Shown here: positions 27,891-38,029 of the stretch, piece by piece
How positions within the stretch are numbered: position 1 is the first letter of the stretch
Layout of the letters: each line of letters opens with the position of its first letter
NCBI GenBank assembly: GCA_963547335.1
Contig: CAUUQR010000002.1
Span: 1,182-65,181, forward strand
Source: an uncultured Propionibacteriaceae bacterium
GTDB lineage: Bacteria > Actinomycetota > Actinomycetes > Propionibacteriales > Propionibacteriaceae
Length of the DNA: 64,000 nucleotides
Direction of reading: 5' to 3'
Program-made: the position numbers and the translations under genes
The notes under the pieces: model-generated
Told to the model about the DNA's origin: nothing
What the model saw: only the letters and a program-made list of their open reading frames with translations
Database searches by the model: none

Positions 27891-29377
27891 TGACAGACCT
27901 GATGAATCTCGACGAGGTCATCCGTGACTTCGACCCGGCCCTGGGACTTGAGGTGCACGTCGAGCTCAACACGAAGTCGAAGATGTTCTGCGGCTGCTCA
28001 ACCCAGTTCGGGGCCGAGCCGAACACACAGACCTGCCCCGTGTGCCTGGGGCTGCCCGGTGCGCTTCCCGTGGTCAACGCGAAGGCGGTGGAGTCGGCGA
28101 TTCGCATCGGCCTGGCGCTGGGGTGCACGATTGCGCCTTGGGGACGGTTTGCGCGGAAGAACTATTTCTACCCCGACATGACCAAGAACTTCCAGACCTC
28201 CCAATACGACGAGCCCATTGCCTTCGACGGCCGCGTGGAGGTTGAGGTGGATGGTGAGATCTTCACGATCGAGATCGAACGTGCTCACATGGAGGAGGAT
28301 GCGGGCAAGCTCACCCACGTGGGCGCAACCGGCCGCATCCATGGGGCCGACTACTCCGTGATCGACTACAACCGTGCCGGGATGCCGCTGATCGAGATCG
28401 TCACCCGCCCCATCCTGGGCACGGGGGCGAGGGCCCCCCAGGTGGCGCGGGCCTATGTCGCCCACCTGCGGGATCTCATGCGGGCTCTCGGAGTCTCTGA
28501 TGTTCGGATGGAGCAGGGATCGCTGCGCTGCGACGCGAACGTGTCGCTGGCACCCCGGGGCGCCTCGACGTTGGGCACCCGCACCGAGACCAAGAACGTC
28601 AACTCCCTGCGCTCCATTGAGCGTGCGGTGACCTACGAGATGCGTCGCCAGGCCGCGATCCTGGCCGGTGGGGGAAAAGTCACCCAGGAGACCCGGCACT
28701 TCCATGAGGGCGACGGTTCCACCAGCCCGGGCCGGTCCAAAGAGGAGGCCGAGGACTACCGGTACTTTGCAGAGCCCGATCTGGTTCCCGTGGCCCCCAG
28801 CGCCGCGTGGGTCGAGGAACTGCGTGCCACGTTGCCCGAACCACCGGTGGAGCGACGCAGGCGTCTGGCCGCCGATTGGGAAGTGGACGCCACAACTATG
28901 CAGGCCATCGTCGCCGCCGGGGCTCTGGACCTGATCGAGTCCACCGTCGCCGCTGGGGCAGCGCCGCAGGCTGCCCGGAAATGGTGGCTGAGTGAGTTGG
29001 CCAGGCGCGCCAACGAGGCGGGCGTGGAGCTGGAGGAGCTCGGCGTCTCCCCCCAGGCGGTGGCTGAGACGCAGGCTATGGTCGAGGCCGGTGAGCTGAC
29101 TGACAAGCTTGCGCGAGCCGTCTTCGACGGAGTGATTGCCGGTGAGGGCACACCGGCTGAGGTGGTGGCCCGGCGGGGACTGCAGGTGGTCTCCGACGAT
29201 GGAGCCCTGGCAGCAGCTGTCGACGAGGTTATCGCCGGGAACCCGGATGTCGCAGACAAGATTCGAGGTGGCAAGCACCAGGCGGTTGGGGCGCTGATCG
29301 GTCAGGTGATGAAGGTCATGCGGGGCCAGGCGGATGCCGCCAAGGTGCGGGAGCTGATCCTTTCCAAGCTTACCTGA
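27890..29377 (+). CDS. gatB: Asp/Glu-tRNA amidotransferase subunit B
   Basis: ATG 27890 sits in a TGATG arrangement with the gatA stop; GTG 27884 is an alternative. It has [18 protein letters not shown] and a C-terminal GatB/YqeY domain. Confidence 0.95.
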   Translation: MTDLMNLDEVIRDFDPALGLEVHVELNTKSKMFCGCSTQFGAEPNTQTCPVCLGLPGALPVVNAKAVESAIRIGLALGCTIAPWGRFARKNYFYPDMTKNFQTSQYDEPIAFDGRVEVEVDGEIFTIEIERAHMEEDAGKLTHVGATGRIHGADYSVIDYNRAGMPLIEIVTRPILGTGARAPQVARAYVAHLRDLMRALGVSDVRMEQGSLRCDANVSLAPRGASTLGTRTETKNVNSLRSIERAVTYEMRRQAAILAGGGKVTQETRHFHEGDGSTSPGRSKEEAEDYRYFAEPDLVPVAPSAAWVEELRATLPEPPVERRRRLAADWEVDATTMQAIVAAGALDLIESTVAAGAAPQAARKWWLSELARRANEAGVELEELGVSPQAVAETQAMVEAGELTDKLARAVFDGVIAGEGTPAEVVARRGLQVVSDDGALAAAVDEVIAGNPDVADKIRGGKHQAVGALIGQVMKVMRGQADAAKVRELILSKLT

Positions 29378-29405
29378 TGTGATCGGGCAGAGGCTGCGAC
29401 GGGTT

Positions 29406-29696
29406 CTACAGTTGGATGTCAACGGTTTCGTAGACGGCCTGCAACTCAGTGGACTCCACCAGGCTTTCCAGCCTCTGGAGTGAATCAGGATGCACCAGTC
29501 GGGGCATCGCCTGGCTGAACTGGCTCATATCTCCGTCGAACCTGATGATTGTCACGACCCGCCTGTCATCGGCAGGGTCAACTCCCACCTCTACGCCAGC
29601 GGGATATTGCTCGTCGCCGTCCGGTCGCCATGCATCCACCAACTCGGCGACCTCTACTCCTGGTCGGAGAATGCGGCTAAACACTGCAATGATCAT
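29406..29696 (-). CDS. Small hypothetical protein (possibly a dimeric alpha+beta barrel)
   Basis: It is a clean 96-codon ORF in an otherwise non-coding gap. I recognise no motif. Confidence 0.45.
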   Translation of the reverse strand: MIIAVFSRILRPGVEVAELVDAWRPDGDEQYPAGVEVGVDPADDRRVVTIIRFDGDMSQFSQAMPRLVHPDSLQRLESLVESTELQAVYETVDIQL

Positions 29697-29791
29697 CGCC
29701 CATCACCTCCGGCCCCCACTGTATAGAGAACGGGGTGTCAATCGAGCCGTGAAGACAGCTGCTGCAGAACATCATCGATGCCCGGACTCAC

Positions 29792-30397
29792 TCACAGTGA
29801 GCCGATGGCTTCATGCAGCTCCTCAACCACTTTAGGCTCACCCGTCACAGTGACCTCAGCCTGCCTCCCGGTGAGGAACAGCAGCAGCTCGGAGGGGAGA
29901 CCCTCCAAGCGGATCGGTCGGCTCCCGGAACCGTGCCGGATCACCCCATGGCCTGTGGGACGCAGGATCAGCTGCCCACCCCAGGCGCGCTGTGCCCTGA
30001 AGGTCAGCACACGGACCGTGCGCAGCAGCTCGGCCTGCTCCCGTTCGGTCAGCTGCTGCGACCGCTGGTTGGCGCGCAGCACGTCCTCGTGGTGGACGAA
30101 GAACTCCACGGCATTGACGATCCGGTCCAGCGGACGCATCACCCAGCCGGGGCGACGCAGCTGCCGCACCAGTTCCTGAAAGCCCAGCAGGTGCAGGGAT
30201 TCGGTCTGGATCCTCCCGGTGCGCTCCGCGAACCGTTTCACACCCATGCCGGGAAGCGCGGTGGGCCTGTGCTCACGTATCCAGAGATGGGCAGCCAGGT
30301 CACCGACGTTCCAGCCCTCGCAGCGTGTCGGCGCCAGGGGCCCTATCTCAAGCATCAGATCGCACAGCTGGGCGCGCTGGCGGGAGGCAAAAGTCAT
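29792..30397 (-). CDS. DinB/MDMPI-like protein (mycothiol-dependent maleylpyruvate isomerase N-terminal domain family, TIGR03085-like)
   Basis: ATG 30397 ([38 protein letters not shown]...). It has a FFVHHEDV motif. The upstream 81 codons of the tracked ORF overlap hisI in antisense and are discounted. Confidence 0.6.
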   Translation of the reverse strand: MTFASRQRAQLCDLMLEIGPLAPTRCEGWNVGDLAAHLWIREHRPTALPGMGVKRFAERTGRIQTESLHLLGFQELVRQLRRPGWVMRPLDRIVNAVEFFVHHEDVLRANQRSQQLTEREQAELLRTVRVLTFRAQRAWGGQLILRPTGHGVIRHGSGSRPIRLEGLPSELLLFLTGRQAEVTVTGEPKVVEELHEAIGSL

Positions 30398-30506
30398 GGG
30401 ATGCAGCCTAACGCCCTCCCAGAAGACGTGGGAAACCTGCTCTTCTGAGGTCCGCCATGCGCGTCGCAGCTTGGTATCGAACCGGCGGAGCGGGAACAAT
30501 GGCCCC

Positions 30507-30857
30507 ATGAGATTGCGGGACGAACTGACCGCGCGAATGCGTTTCAACTCCGACGGGCTCGTGCCCGCCGTCGCCCAGGACGCCGAGACCGGTGATGTGC
30601 TGATGATGGCGTGGATGGACTCCGAGGCGCTCGCCCGCACCCTCAGCAGCGGGAGGGCGACCTACTGGTCCCGCAGCCGCCAGAGCTATTGGGTCAAGGG
30701 TGAGACCTCCGGAAATGTGCAACAGGTGGTCTCAGCGCATCTGGACTGCGACGGCGACACCATCTTGTTGCGTGTCCAGCAGACCGGCGCCGCATGCCAC
30801 ACCGGCAACCCGACCTGTTTCTTCACTGAACTCACCAGTCAGGACATTGCATGCTGA
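30507..30857 (+). CDS. hisI: Phosphoribosyl-AMP cyclohydrolase
   Basis: ATG 30507. Motifs are [39 protein letters not shown] and [12 protein letters not shown]. Confidence 0.9.
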   Translation: MRLRDELTARMRFNSDGLVPAVAQDAETGDVLMMAWMDSEALARTLSSGRATYWSRSRQSYWVKGETSGNVQQVVSAHLDCDGDTILLRVQQTGAACHTGNPTCFFTELTSQDIAC

Positions 30858-32347
30858 CCATATCCCCAACCCTCAGCGAGTTCACCGAGCTCGCCAAGAC
30901 TAGGAGGGTCATCAGCGTCCATGCCAGGGTGGTGGCGGATCATCTGACCGCAATCGGCCTGTACGCCACCCTCTGCGGAACTCGGGAGGGAACCTTTCTC
31001 CTCGAATCGGCATCCGAGGGCGTGTGGTCTCGGTACTCCTTCATCGGGGTGAGGGCCGCGGCAACCCTCACCGAACGCGACGGCCGGGCCGTGTGGCTGG
31101 GCAGGGAACTGACGGGCATCGGCAACGGCGATCCGCTGTCAGTGCTGCGTGAGACACTGAGCCAGCTGGCCACCCCAGCCGTCGCAGGTCTGCCTCCCTT
31201 CCATGCCGGTATGGTTGGCTACCTGGGCTATGATGTCGTGCGGCGCCTCGAAACCCTGCCCGACACCTCGGACGACGACCTGCATCTTCCGGAGCTGGTG
31301 ATGATGCTGGCCTCCCAGCTGGCGGTGATGGACCACAAGACCAGCGAGGTCTGCCTGATATCCAACGCCATCAACTTCGACGGTGCCGACGAGGGGGTGG
31401 AGCGCGCCTACCACGAGGCAGTGGCTGGCATCCACGAGATGGCCCGCGCGCTCGGTGAACCCACCCCACCGCTGGTGAGGCCCGCGAGAGACGGGCTGAG
31501 CGAGCTGGAGGTGGTGCGTCAGCGCACCGATGAGGAGTTCGAGGCGACCGTCCGGGATGTGATCGGTGAGATCGAGGCGGGGGAGGCCTTCCAGGTCGTC
31601 GTTTCGCAGCGGTTCGACATTCCCACCGCATCCGATGCCCTGGAGGTCTATCGAGCGCTGAGGGTCACCAACCCGAGCCCCTACCTGTATCTGCTTCGAC
31701 TGCCCGGGTTCGCTGTGGTGGGCTCCAGCCCGGAGGCCCTCGTCACGGTGCAGGATGGGGTCGCAACCACCCGGCCCATCGCCGGATCCAGGCCCAGGGG
31801 CCACACCGAGGCCGAGGACCGTGAGTTTGCCGCAGAGCTGGTGGCCGACCCCAAGGAGAGGGCCGAGCACCTCATGTTGGTGGACCTTGGCCGCAATGAT
31901 CTTGGGCGCATCTGCACACCCGGAAGCGTGACCGTCCACGAGTTCATGCAGGTCCACCGCTACAGCCACATCATGCACTTGGAGGCCGCGGTCAGCGGTG
32001 AACTGGCTGAGGGGCGTTCCGCCCTGGACGCGACGCTGGCATGCTTCCCGGCGGGAACCCTGTCCGGGGCCCCGAAAGTGCGGGCCATGGAGATCATCGA
32101 CTCCTGTGAGGTGAAAAGGCGTGGTCTCTACGGAGGGGTGGTGGGCTATTTTGATTTCGCCGGAAACTCCGATGTCGCGATTGCCATCCGCACCGCCGTC
32201 ATGAAAGACGGTGTCGCCCACGTGCAGGCTGGCGCCGGGATTGTCGCCGACTCAGATCCGGCTTCCGAGAACACCGAGTGCAAGAACAAAGCGGCGGCGG
32301 TGATCACCGCACTCCGGCGGGCCGCGCAGCAAGGAGAGGCATCATGA
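30851..32347 (+). CDS. trpE: Anthranilate synthase component I
   Basis: The chorismate-binding motifs are [12 protein letters not shown] and [21 protein letters not shown]. The start overlaps hisI by 7 nt (ATGCTGA). Confidence 0.95.
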   Translation: MLTISPTLSEFTELAKTRRVISVHARVVADHLTAIGLYATLCGTREGTFLLESASEGVWSRYSFIGVRAAATLTERDGRAVWLGRELTGIGNGDPLSVLRETLSQLATPAVAGLPPFHAGMVGYLGYDVVRRLETLPDTSDDDLHLPELVMMLASQLAVMDHKTSEVCLISNAINFDGADEGVERAYHEAVAGIHEMARALGEPTPPLVRPARDGLSELEVVRQRTDEEFEATVRDVIGEIEAGEAFQVVVSQRFDIPTASDALEVYRALRVTNPSPYLYLLRLPGFAVVGSSPEALVTVQDGVATTRPIAGSRPRGHTEAEDREFAAELVADPKERAEHLMLVDLGRNDLGRICTPGSVTVHEFMQVHRYSHIMHLEAAVSGELAEGRSALDATLACFPAGTLSGAPKVRAMEIIDSCEVKRRGLYGGVVGYFDFAGNSDVAIAIRTAVMKDGVAHVQAGAGIVADSDPASENTECKNKAAAVITALRRAAQQGEAS

Positions 32348-33123
32348 CAGTGCTGGATGAGATCATCACCGGAGTTCGGGAGGACCTGGCCGTCAGGCAG
32401 GCCGAGTGTCCGCTAGTTGACCTGATGGAGCAGGCGCGCGCAGTCGAGCCCGCCCGTGATGTCCTGCCATTGTTGCGGGCGCCGGGGCTGTCGGTGATCG
32501 CCGAGGTGAAGCGCAGCTCACCGTCGAAGGGGGATCTGGCGGAGATCCCCGACCCTGCGGAACTCGCGGAGGGCTACGTGGCAGGTGGTGCGGCGGCGGT
32601 CTCGGTGTTGACGGAGCAGCGTCGGTTCAGCGGCTCCCTCCACGATCTGGACATTGTCAGGCAACGGGTTGCGGTTCCGCTGCTGCGCAAGGACTTCATG
32701 GTGGAGTCGTATCAGCTCTACGAGGCCAGGGCGCATGGCGCCGACCTGGTGCTCCTGATCGTCGCAGCTTTGAGTGAGGCGGAGCTGCGGGCCTTCATGA
32801 ACCTCACCGATGCACTCGGGATGACGGCCTTGGTAGAGGCCCACACCGAGGAGGAGGTCGACCGTGCCGTCGAGGTCGGAGCCGGAGTGATCGGCATCAA
32901 CAACCGCAACCTCAAGACCCTAGAAGTGGACATCACCCAGTTCGGGAGGATGGCGGCCCGCATCCCCGACGATCGCATCAAAGTGGCTGAGTCTGGAATC
33001 CTGAGCGTCGATGATGCCAAGCGTGTCCGTGATGAGGGTGCCGAGGCGATCCTGGTGGGGGAGGCCCTCGTCCGGCATGGCGACCCCCGTGCAGCCGTGG
33101 CGGCCTTCCACGAGATCGCATAG
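32344..33123 (+). CDS. trpC: Indole-3-glycerol-phosphate synthase
   Basis: The start forms an ATGA overlap with trpE. Motifs are [20 protein letters not shown] and IGINNRNL. Confidence 0.9.
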   Translation: MTVLDEIITGVREDLAVRQAECPLVDLMEQARAVEPARDVLPLLRAPGLSVIAEVKRSSPSKGDLAEIPDPAELAEGYVAGGAAAVSVLTEQRRFSGSLHDLDIVRQRVAVPLLRKDFMVESYQLYEARAHGADLVLLIVAALSEAELRAFMNLTDALGMTALVEAHTEEEVDRAVEVGAGVIGINNRNLKTLEVDITQFGRMAARIPDDRIKVAESGILSVDDAKRVRDEGAEAILVGEALVRHGDPRAAVAAFHEIA

Positions 33124-33185
33124 ACGCCGCTGTCCCTCTTGGACGGTGAGGCGGCGTCCCCGCACATGCCTGTAGGCTGACGCGC

Positions 33186-34424
33186 ATGTTCTCACAGCCC
33201 GACGCCCGCGGCCATTTCGGCCGGTTCGGTGGCACCTTCGTTCCGGAGGCCCTGCGGGCCGCCCTTAGCGAGTTGGAGACCGAGTTCCAGGCCGCTCAGC
33301 GGGATCCGGAGTTCCAGGCTGAGCTGGCGAGGCTTCAACGCAGCTACGCAGGCCGCCCGACACCGGTGACGGTGGCCGAGAATTTCTCCGCGCACTGCGG
33401 GAACGCCACCATCTATCTGAAACGTGAGGACCTCAACCACACGGGTGCGCACAAGATCAACAATGTGCTGGGGCAGGCGCTGCTGACCAGGCGGATGGGT
33501 AAACGGCGGGTGATCGCCGAGACCGGAGCGGGCCAGCACGGCGTCGCCACCGCCACGGCTGCCGCCTTGCTGGGATTGGAGTGCCGGGTGTACATGGGGG
33601 AGATCGACACGAGACGACAGGCCCTCAATGTTGCCCGGATGCAGCTGCTGGGAGCCGAGGTCTACGCTGTCGCGGCCGGTTCCCGCACCCTGAAGGATGC
33701 CATGAACGAGGCTATGCGGGACTGGGTGACCACAGTGGAGACCACCCACTATCTGATTGGGACCGTCGGCGGGCCTCATCCCTTTCCGGTGCTCGTCCGG
33801 GAACTCCAGCGCATCATCTCCACCGAATCACGTCAGCAGATGCTCCAAGAGCACGGCGGGCTTCCCGACTATGTTGCGGCCTGCGTCGGTGGAGGCTCCA
33901 ATGCCATCGGAGTCTTCTATGACTTCATCGGCGACGACTCCGTTCAGCTGTACGGCTTCGAGGCCGGTGGTGAGGGCGTGGAGACGAGCCGTCACGCCGC
34001 GACCATCAGCGCGGGCAGCGTCGGTGTGCTGCACGGGGCGCGCACCCGGGTGCTGCAGGATGAGGATGGGCAGACCATCGAGTCGCACTCGATCTCCGCG
34101 GGTCTGGACTACCCGGGGGTCGGGCCGGAGCATGCATGGCTTGCTGAGACGGGCCGTGCCCACTACGAGCCCGTCACTGATGCGGAGGCGATGGAGGCCT
34201 TCCGTCTGCTGACCCGCACCGAGGGCATCATCCCCGCCATCGAGTCTGCGCATGCCGTGGCAGGTGCCCGCCGCCTCGGGCTCCAGCTGGCTCAGCAGGA
34301 CCCTACCGCCCGCCCCAGGATCCTCGTGTGCCTCAGCGGCCGGGGGGACAAGGACGTCGCCACGGCCTTCGAGCATTTTGGCCTGAGGGGGCAGCCCGAC
34401 AAGACCGTTGGAGGAGCGCCGTGA
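33186..34424 (+). CDS. trpB: Tryptophan synthase beta chain
   Basis: Motifs are [26 protein letters not shown] and GGGSNAIG. Confidence 0.95.
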   Translation: MFSQPDARGHFGRFGGTFVPEALRAALSELETEFQAAQRDPEFQAELARLQRSYAGRPTPVTVAENFSAHCGNATIYLKREDLNHTGAHKINNVLGQALLTRRMGKRRVIAETGAGQHGVATATAAALLGLECRVYMGEIDTRRQALNVARMQLLGAEVYAVAAGSRTLKDAMNEAMRDWVTTVETTHYLIGTVGGPHPFPVLVRELQRIISTESRQQMLQEHGGLPDYVAACVGGGSNAIGVFYDFIGDDSVQLYGFEAGGEGVETSRHAATISAGSVGVLHGARTRVLQDEDGQTIESHSISAGLDYPGVGPEHAWLAETGRAHYEPVTDAEAMEAFRLLTRTEGIIPAIESAHAVAGARRLGLQLAQQDPTARPRILVCLSGRGDKDVATAFEHFGLRGQPDKTVGGAP

Positions 34425-35269
34425 CCATATTCAGCGACCCCAGCAGACTCGGCATCTCTGGGAGCCGTGTCGCAGACTGTGTCGAACAGGGGCGTCCTGC
34501 CCTCGTCGGATATCTGCCCGTCGGCTATCCCACGGTGGAGGGTTCCTTGAAGGCCATGAGGGCGTTGACGGAGGGAACCACGGGGCGCGGCGTCGACATC
34601 GTGGAGATCGGCATTCCGTACTCCGACCCGCTGATGGACGGCCTAGTGATCCAGCACGCCGCGCTGAGGGCCCGCGAACGCGGGGTGCGGACCCGTGACG
34701 CATTCCGGGCCGTTGAGGCAGTGGCGGCCTGTGGAGCGACACCGATGGTCATGACCTATTGGAACCTCATTGAGGCATATGGCCCCGACAACTTCGCCCG
34801 CGATCTCGCAGCCGCGGGTGGAGCTGGAACGATCACCCCCGACCTGCCCCCGGAGGACTGCCCGGAGTGGTTCGAGGCCACCGACCGTCACGGGCTGGAC
34901 CGGATCTTCCTCATCGCTCCATCCTCGACGAGGGAGCGCATCGACCTGACGATGCGCTCCTGCCGCGGCTGGGTATACGCCACCAGCGTGATGGGGGTGA
35001 CAGGGGCCCGTGACTCGACCTCGGATGCGGCCCCAGTGATTGTGGGGCGGGCCAGGGAAGTGGACCACAGCCTGCCCATCGGCATCGGCCTCGGCGTGTC
35101 CGACGGCAGCCAGGCCGCGGAGATCGGAGCCTACGCCGACCTGGTGATCGTCGGCTCTGCCCTGCTGAAGTGCCTGGACTCGGATGGCAGGGACCTGGAG
35201 GGTGACCTGCGCCGACTGCGGCTTCTGGTGGACGACCTGGCATCGGGAGTGGAACGCGCCAGGGTGTGA
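34421..35269 (+). CDS. trpA: Tryptophan synthase alpha chain
   Basis: The start forms a GTGA overlap with trpB. Motifs are [11 protein letters not shown] and [18 protein letters not shown]. Confidence 0.9.
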   Translation: MTIFSDPSRLGISGSRVADCVEQGRPALVGYLPVGYPTVEGSLKAMRALTEGTTGRGVDIVEIGIPYSDPLMDGLVIQHAALRARERGVRTRDAFRAVEAVAACGATPMVMTYWNLIEAYGPDNFARDLAAAGGAGTITPDLPPEDCPEWFEATDRHGLDRIFLIAPSSTRERIDLTMRSCRGWVYATSVMGVTGARDSTSDAAPVIVGRAREVDHSLPIGIGLGVSDGSQAAEIGAYADLVIVGSALLKCLDSDGRDLEGDLRRLRLLVDDLASGVERARV

Positions 35270-35327
35270 CTTCGCTGACCCTCCAGGGGCATCCAGGGAT
35301 CTGGGGAATGCCGGCAGGGCTCGGTGA

Positions 35328-35969
35328 CTACCCCAGCAGCGTCAGCACGGCCTTGACGCGGCGGTGGACACTCGGGTCGGGGTGTAGGCCGAGTTTCCCG
35401 AAGATCCGCTGCGTGTGCTTCTCAATCGCCCCCTCGGTCACGAACAGGCGCTGTGCGATGCCGGTATTCGTGTGCCCCTCGGCCATCAACTCCAGGACCT
35501 CGCGTTCCCGTGGGGTGAGCTGCTGCAGTGGATCATTGCTCCTGCCGCGTCCGAACACCTGGCTGACCACCTCGGGATCCAGCACGAGGCCGCCATCAGC
35601 CACCCGGTCGACGGCGTCGAGAAAGGTGTCGATGTCGGCCACGCGGTCTTTCAGGAGATACCCCAGGTGGCTGCCGCCATCGGCGAGCAGCTCCTGTACA
35701 TAAGCGGCGACCACGTACTGGCTCAGCAACAGGATCGGGGCATCGGCCCAATGCCTCCGGATCTCGACGGCGGCCCGCAAACCCTCGTCTGTGTTGGATG
35801 GGGGCATGCGGATGTCGGTGACGACCAGCTCAGGACGCAGCTCCAGCGCCTGAGGAACCAGCTCTGTGCCGCTCCCGACAGCGGCGATCACCTCGTGGCC
35901 GCCGTCGTTCAGGATGAAGGTGAGGCCCTCCCTCAGCAGGACGGAGTCGTCGGCTATCAGGACTCGCAT
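35328..35969 (-). CDS. Two-component response regulator, NarL/LuxR family
   Basis: The receiver domain is MRVLIADDS...DIRMPP. The C-terminal LuxR HTH is LTPREREVLELMAEGHTNTGIAQRLFVTEGAIEKH. Confidence 0.9.
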   Translation of the reverse strand: MRVLIADDSVLLREGLTFILNDGGHEVIAAVGSGTELVPQALELRPELVVTDIRMPPSNTDEGLRAAVEIRRHWADAPILLLSQYVVAAYVQELLADGGSHLGYLLKDRVADIDTFLDAVDRVADGGLVLDPEVVSQVFGRGRSNDPLQQLTPREREVLELMAEGHTNTGIAQRLFVTEGAIEKHTQRIFGKLGLHPDPSVHRRVKAVLTLLG

Positions 35970-37219
35970 GGGATGACCGCTTCGATCGTGGTTGGCCCCC
36001 CCAGGGGGGAGGTCACCTTCAGTCGACCCTCGACGCCGTGGAGGCGTTCCTCAAGCCCAGTCAGGCCATGCCCCTTCGCAGTCGAGGCGCCTCCGATCCC
36101 GTCGTCGGTGATGGTGATGTACAGCAAGCCGTCCTGGACGGCGGTGACCAGCTCGATGAGGGTCGCCCCGGAGTGCTTGTTGGCATTGACTAGTGATTCC
36201 GAGATCACGAAGTAGGCGGCCTGCTCGACGTGGGACGACAGCTTGTCGGGGAGGCTGGAGTAGACGGTCACGGGGATGGCGGAGCGGGCAGCGGTCTCAT
36301 CGATGGCGGCCTCAAGCCCACGGTCGACCAGCACCGGCGGCGCGATGCCGCGGGAGAGCTGTCGCAGCTCTGCGAGCGTCTCCTGGGTCTGGTTCATGGC
36401 GGCTCCCAGGATGGCATCAGCACGCTGTGGGTCGCGTGCCATTTGCTTGCGTGCCCGCGCCAGATCCATGTTCAGCCGCACCAGACGTTGCTGCGGTCCG
36501 TCGTGGATGTCGCGTTCCAGACGTCTCAGCGCCCCCGACTCGGCGCGCTGGGCCGCGGCGCGGGACTCCTGCAGCTGGCTCACTCGGAAATCGGCGCGGG
36601 CACGCTGGTTCAGCAGCAGCTCGCCGATGTTCGCCTGAAGGTTCGCCAGGCTGTGTAGGACGGCCGGGGCCTTGAGGGCTGCGGGAATGCCGATCGCGAT
36701 GTAGATGATGGTGTTGACGATGTCTGGGAAGGGGAGTCCCAGCAGATGGGCAAGCTCTTCGTTGTGAATGCCGAAGCGGCTCAGCACCCAGATCTTGAGG
36801 GGACCGAGCACGGCGATTGTGGAGAGCACAAGCCAGACCAGGGACAGCGACCAGGTCAGGATGGAGGCGAGGAAGGAGACCGCCACCCAGAGCACGTCGT
36901 ACCAGGACTGCGGATCCTTCAGGATGTGCCTGACCCGGCCGAGCAGGCCGGCGTCCTGGGGAACGGGAAGATAGGCGGAGGGAACCGGTTCACGTCCCAG
37001 CAGCGTTTGCTGGGTGCGGCGTTCCAGCTGGGCGGCGGACCGGGCCATGAGCAGGCCGCCGGTCAGGATGAGCAGCCCAAAGCCCAGGATTGCCGTGCTG
37101 GCTCCCAGGGCGATGCTGATGATGATCAGCATGAAGGTGATCAGACGCAGCGGAAAGCCGAGGAGTAGGTAGCCCACATGGGCCCCGAAGCGGGCCCGAG
37201 GGGCAGTGGTTTCTGTCAT
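35957..37219 (-). CDS. Sensor histidine kinase (HisKA_3 type) with polytopic N-terminal sensor
   Basis: The H-box is ERDIHDGPQQRL. The HATPase region is NANKHSGA...DDGIGGA...GHGLTGLEERL. Several N-terminal TM helices are present. The gene overlaps the regulator gene by 13 nt. Confidence 0.85.
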   Translation of the reverse strand: MTETTAPRARFGAHVGYLLLGFPLRLITFMLIIISIALGASTAILGFGLLILTGGLLMARSAAQLERRTQQTLLGREPVPSAYLPVPQDAGLLGRVRHILKDPQSWYDVLWVAVSFLASILTWSLSLVWLVLSTIAVLGPLKIWVLSRFGIHNEELAHLLGLPFPDIVNTIIYIAIGIPAALKAPAVLHSLANLQANIGELLLNQRARADFRVSQLQESRAAAQRAESGALRRLERDIHDGPQQRLVRLNMDLARARKQMARDPQRADAILGAAMNQTQETLAELRQLSRGIAPPVLVDRGLEAAIDETAARSAIPVTVYSSLPDKLSSHVEQAAYFVISESLVNANKHSGATLIELVTAVQDGLLYITITDDGIGGASTAKGHGLTGLEERLHGVEGRLKVTSPLGGPTTIEAVIPCES

Positions 37220-37314
37220 GTCTCACATTCTCTCGGCTGCAGCGCTCGGCCCATATCCTGCTGACTGGTCAGCGGGGGTGAGGCTAGCCCGACAATCCTC
37301 CACCCCTCAAGCTC

Positions 37315-37953
37315 TCAGGGAAGCTCTCTGTTGAACTTCTTGAAAAACGACTTGTGACCCGGGCCGTAGACTTTGACGTCCCCCATGATGCAGACGCCTG
37401 TCAGGATTAGCTCCGGGCCCTCCTCCCCGGGCTCCAGACCCTTGACCTTTGTGTCGCCGAGAATGCTGGCGATCTCGTTGCGGACCCTGACCCCTGCGGG
37501 TACGCGCAGCACGGCATCCCCCATGACGGCCGAGACGTTGATCCTGCATGATTGGGCCTCGAAGACGGCTGAGGTCATGTCGATGTGGACGTCGCCGAGG
37601 ATGCTGACGATCTGATTGCTGGCGTGCACCCGCACGTCTGAGTCGCGTTTCGTGCTGCCGAGGATGGCGACGAAGCTTCTGGTTTGCTGCGTGGCTCCAC
37701 GGGGATCGACCACTGCCCATGGATGATCGCCGTCGGTGGGGCCCACCGTCTTGGACGTGGGCGCCGAGGTGACGGGAACAAGATCCGTCGTCACGGTCTT
37801 CAACTCTCCGAACGTCTTGGCGCCCCAGACCTGGCTGAGACGCTCGTCGTGCTCCTCCCGGTTCAGGCGGCCATCGCTATAGGCGTCGTTCAGCAACTGC
37901 TCCACAGCGAAACGATCCGCATCCGAGCAGCGCAAGTGATCTGGCTGCGGCAT
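37315..37953 (-). CDS. DUF1707 / LiaF-like cell-envelope stress module protein
   Basis: ATG 37953, with ATG 37965 as an alternative. The N-terminal DUF1707 motif is LRCSDADRFAVEQLLNDAYSDGRLNREEHDERL. The C-terminal repeat pattern ILG(D/S)... resembles LiaF. It lies directly upstream of the kinase/regulator pair. Confidence 0.65.
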   Translation of the reverse strand: MPQPDHLRCSDADRFAVEQLLNDAYSDGRLNREEHDERLSQVWGAKTFGELKTVTTDLVPVTSAPTSKTVGPTDGDHPWAVVDPRGATQQTRSFVAILGSTKRDSDVRVHASNQIVSILGDVHIDMTSAVFEAQSCRINVSAVMGDAVLRVPAGVRVRNEIASILGDTKVKGLEPGEEGPELILTGVCIMGDVKVYGPGHKSFFKKFNRELP

Positions 37954-38029
37954 GAGGCCCAGCATACCCAGATCCCAACGCCATCCAAGGGTAGGGTGGA
38001 GCCCCATCGGCCGGATGAGAGGAGTCACT

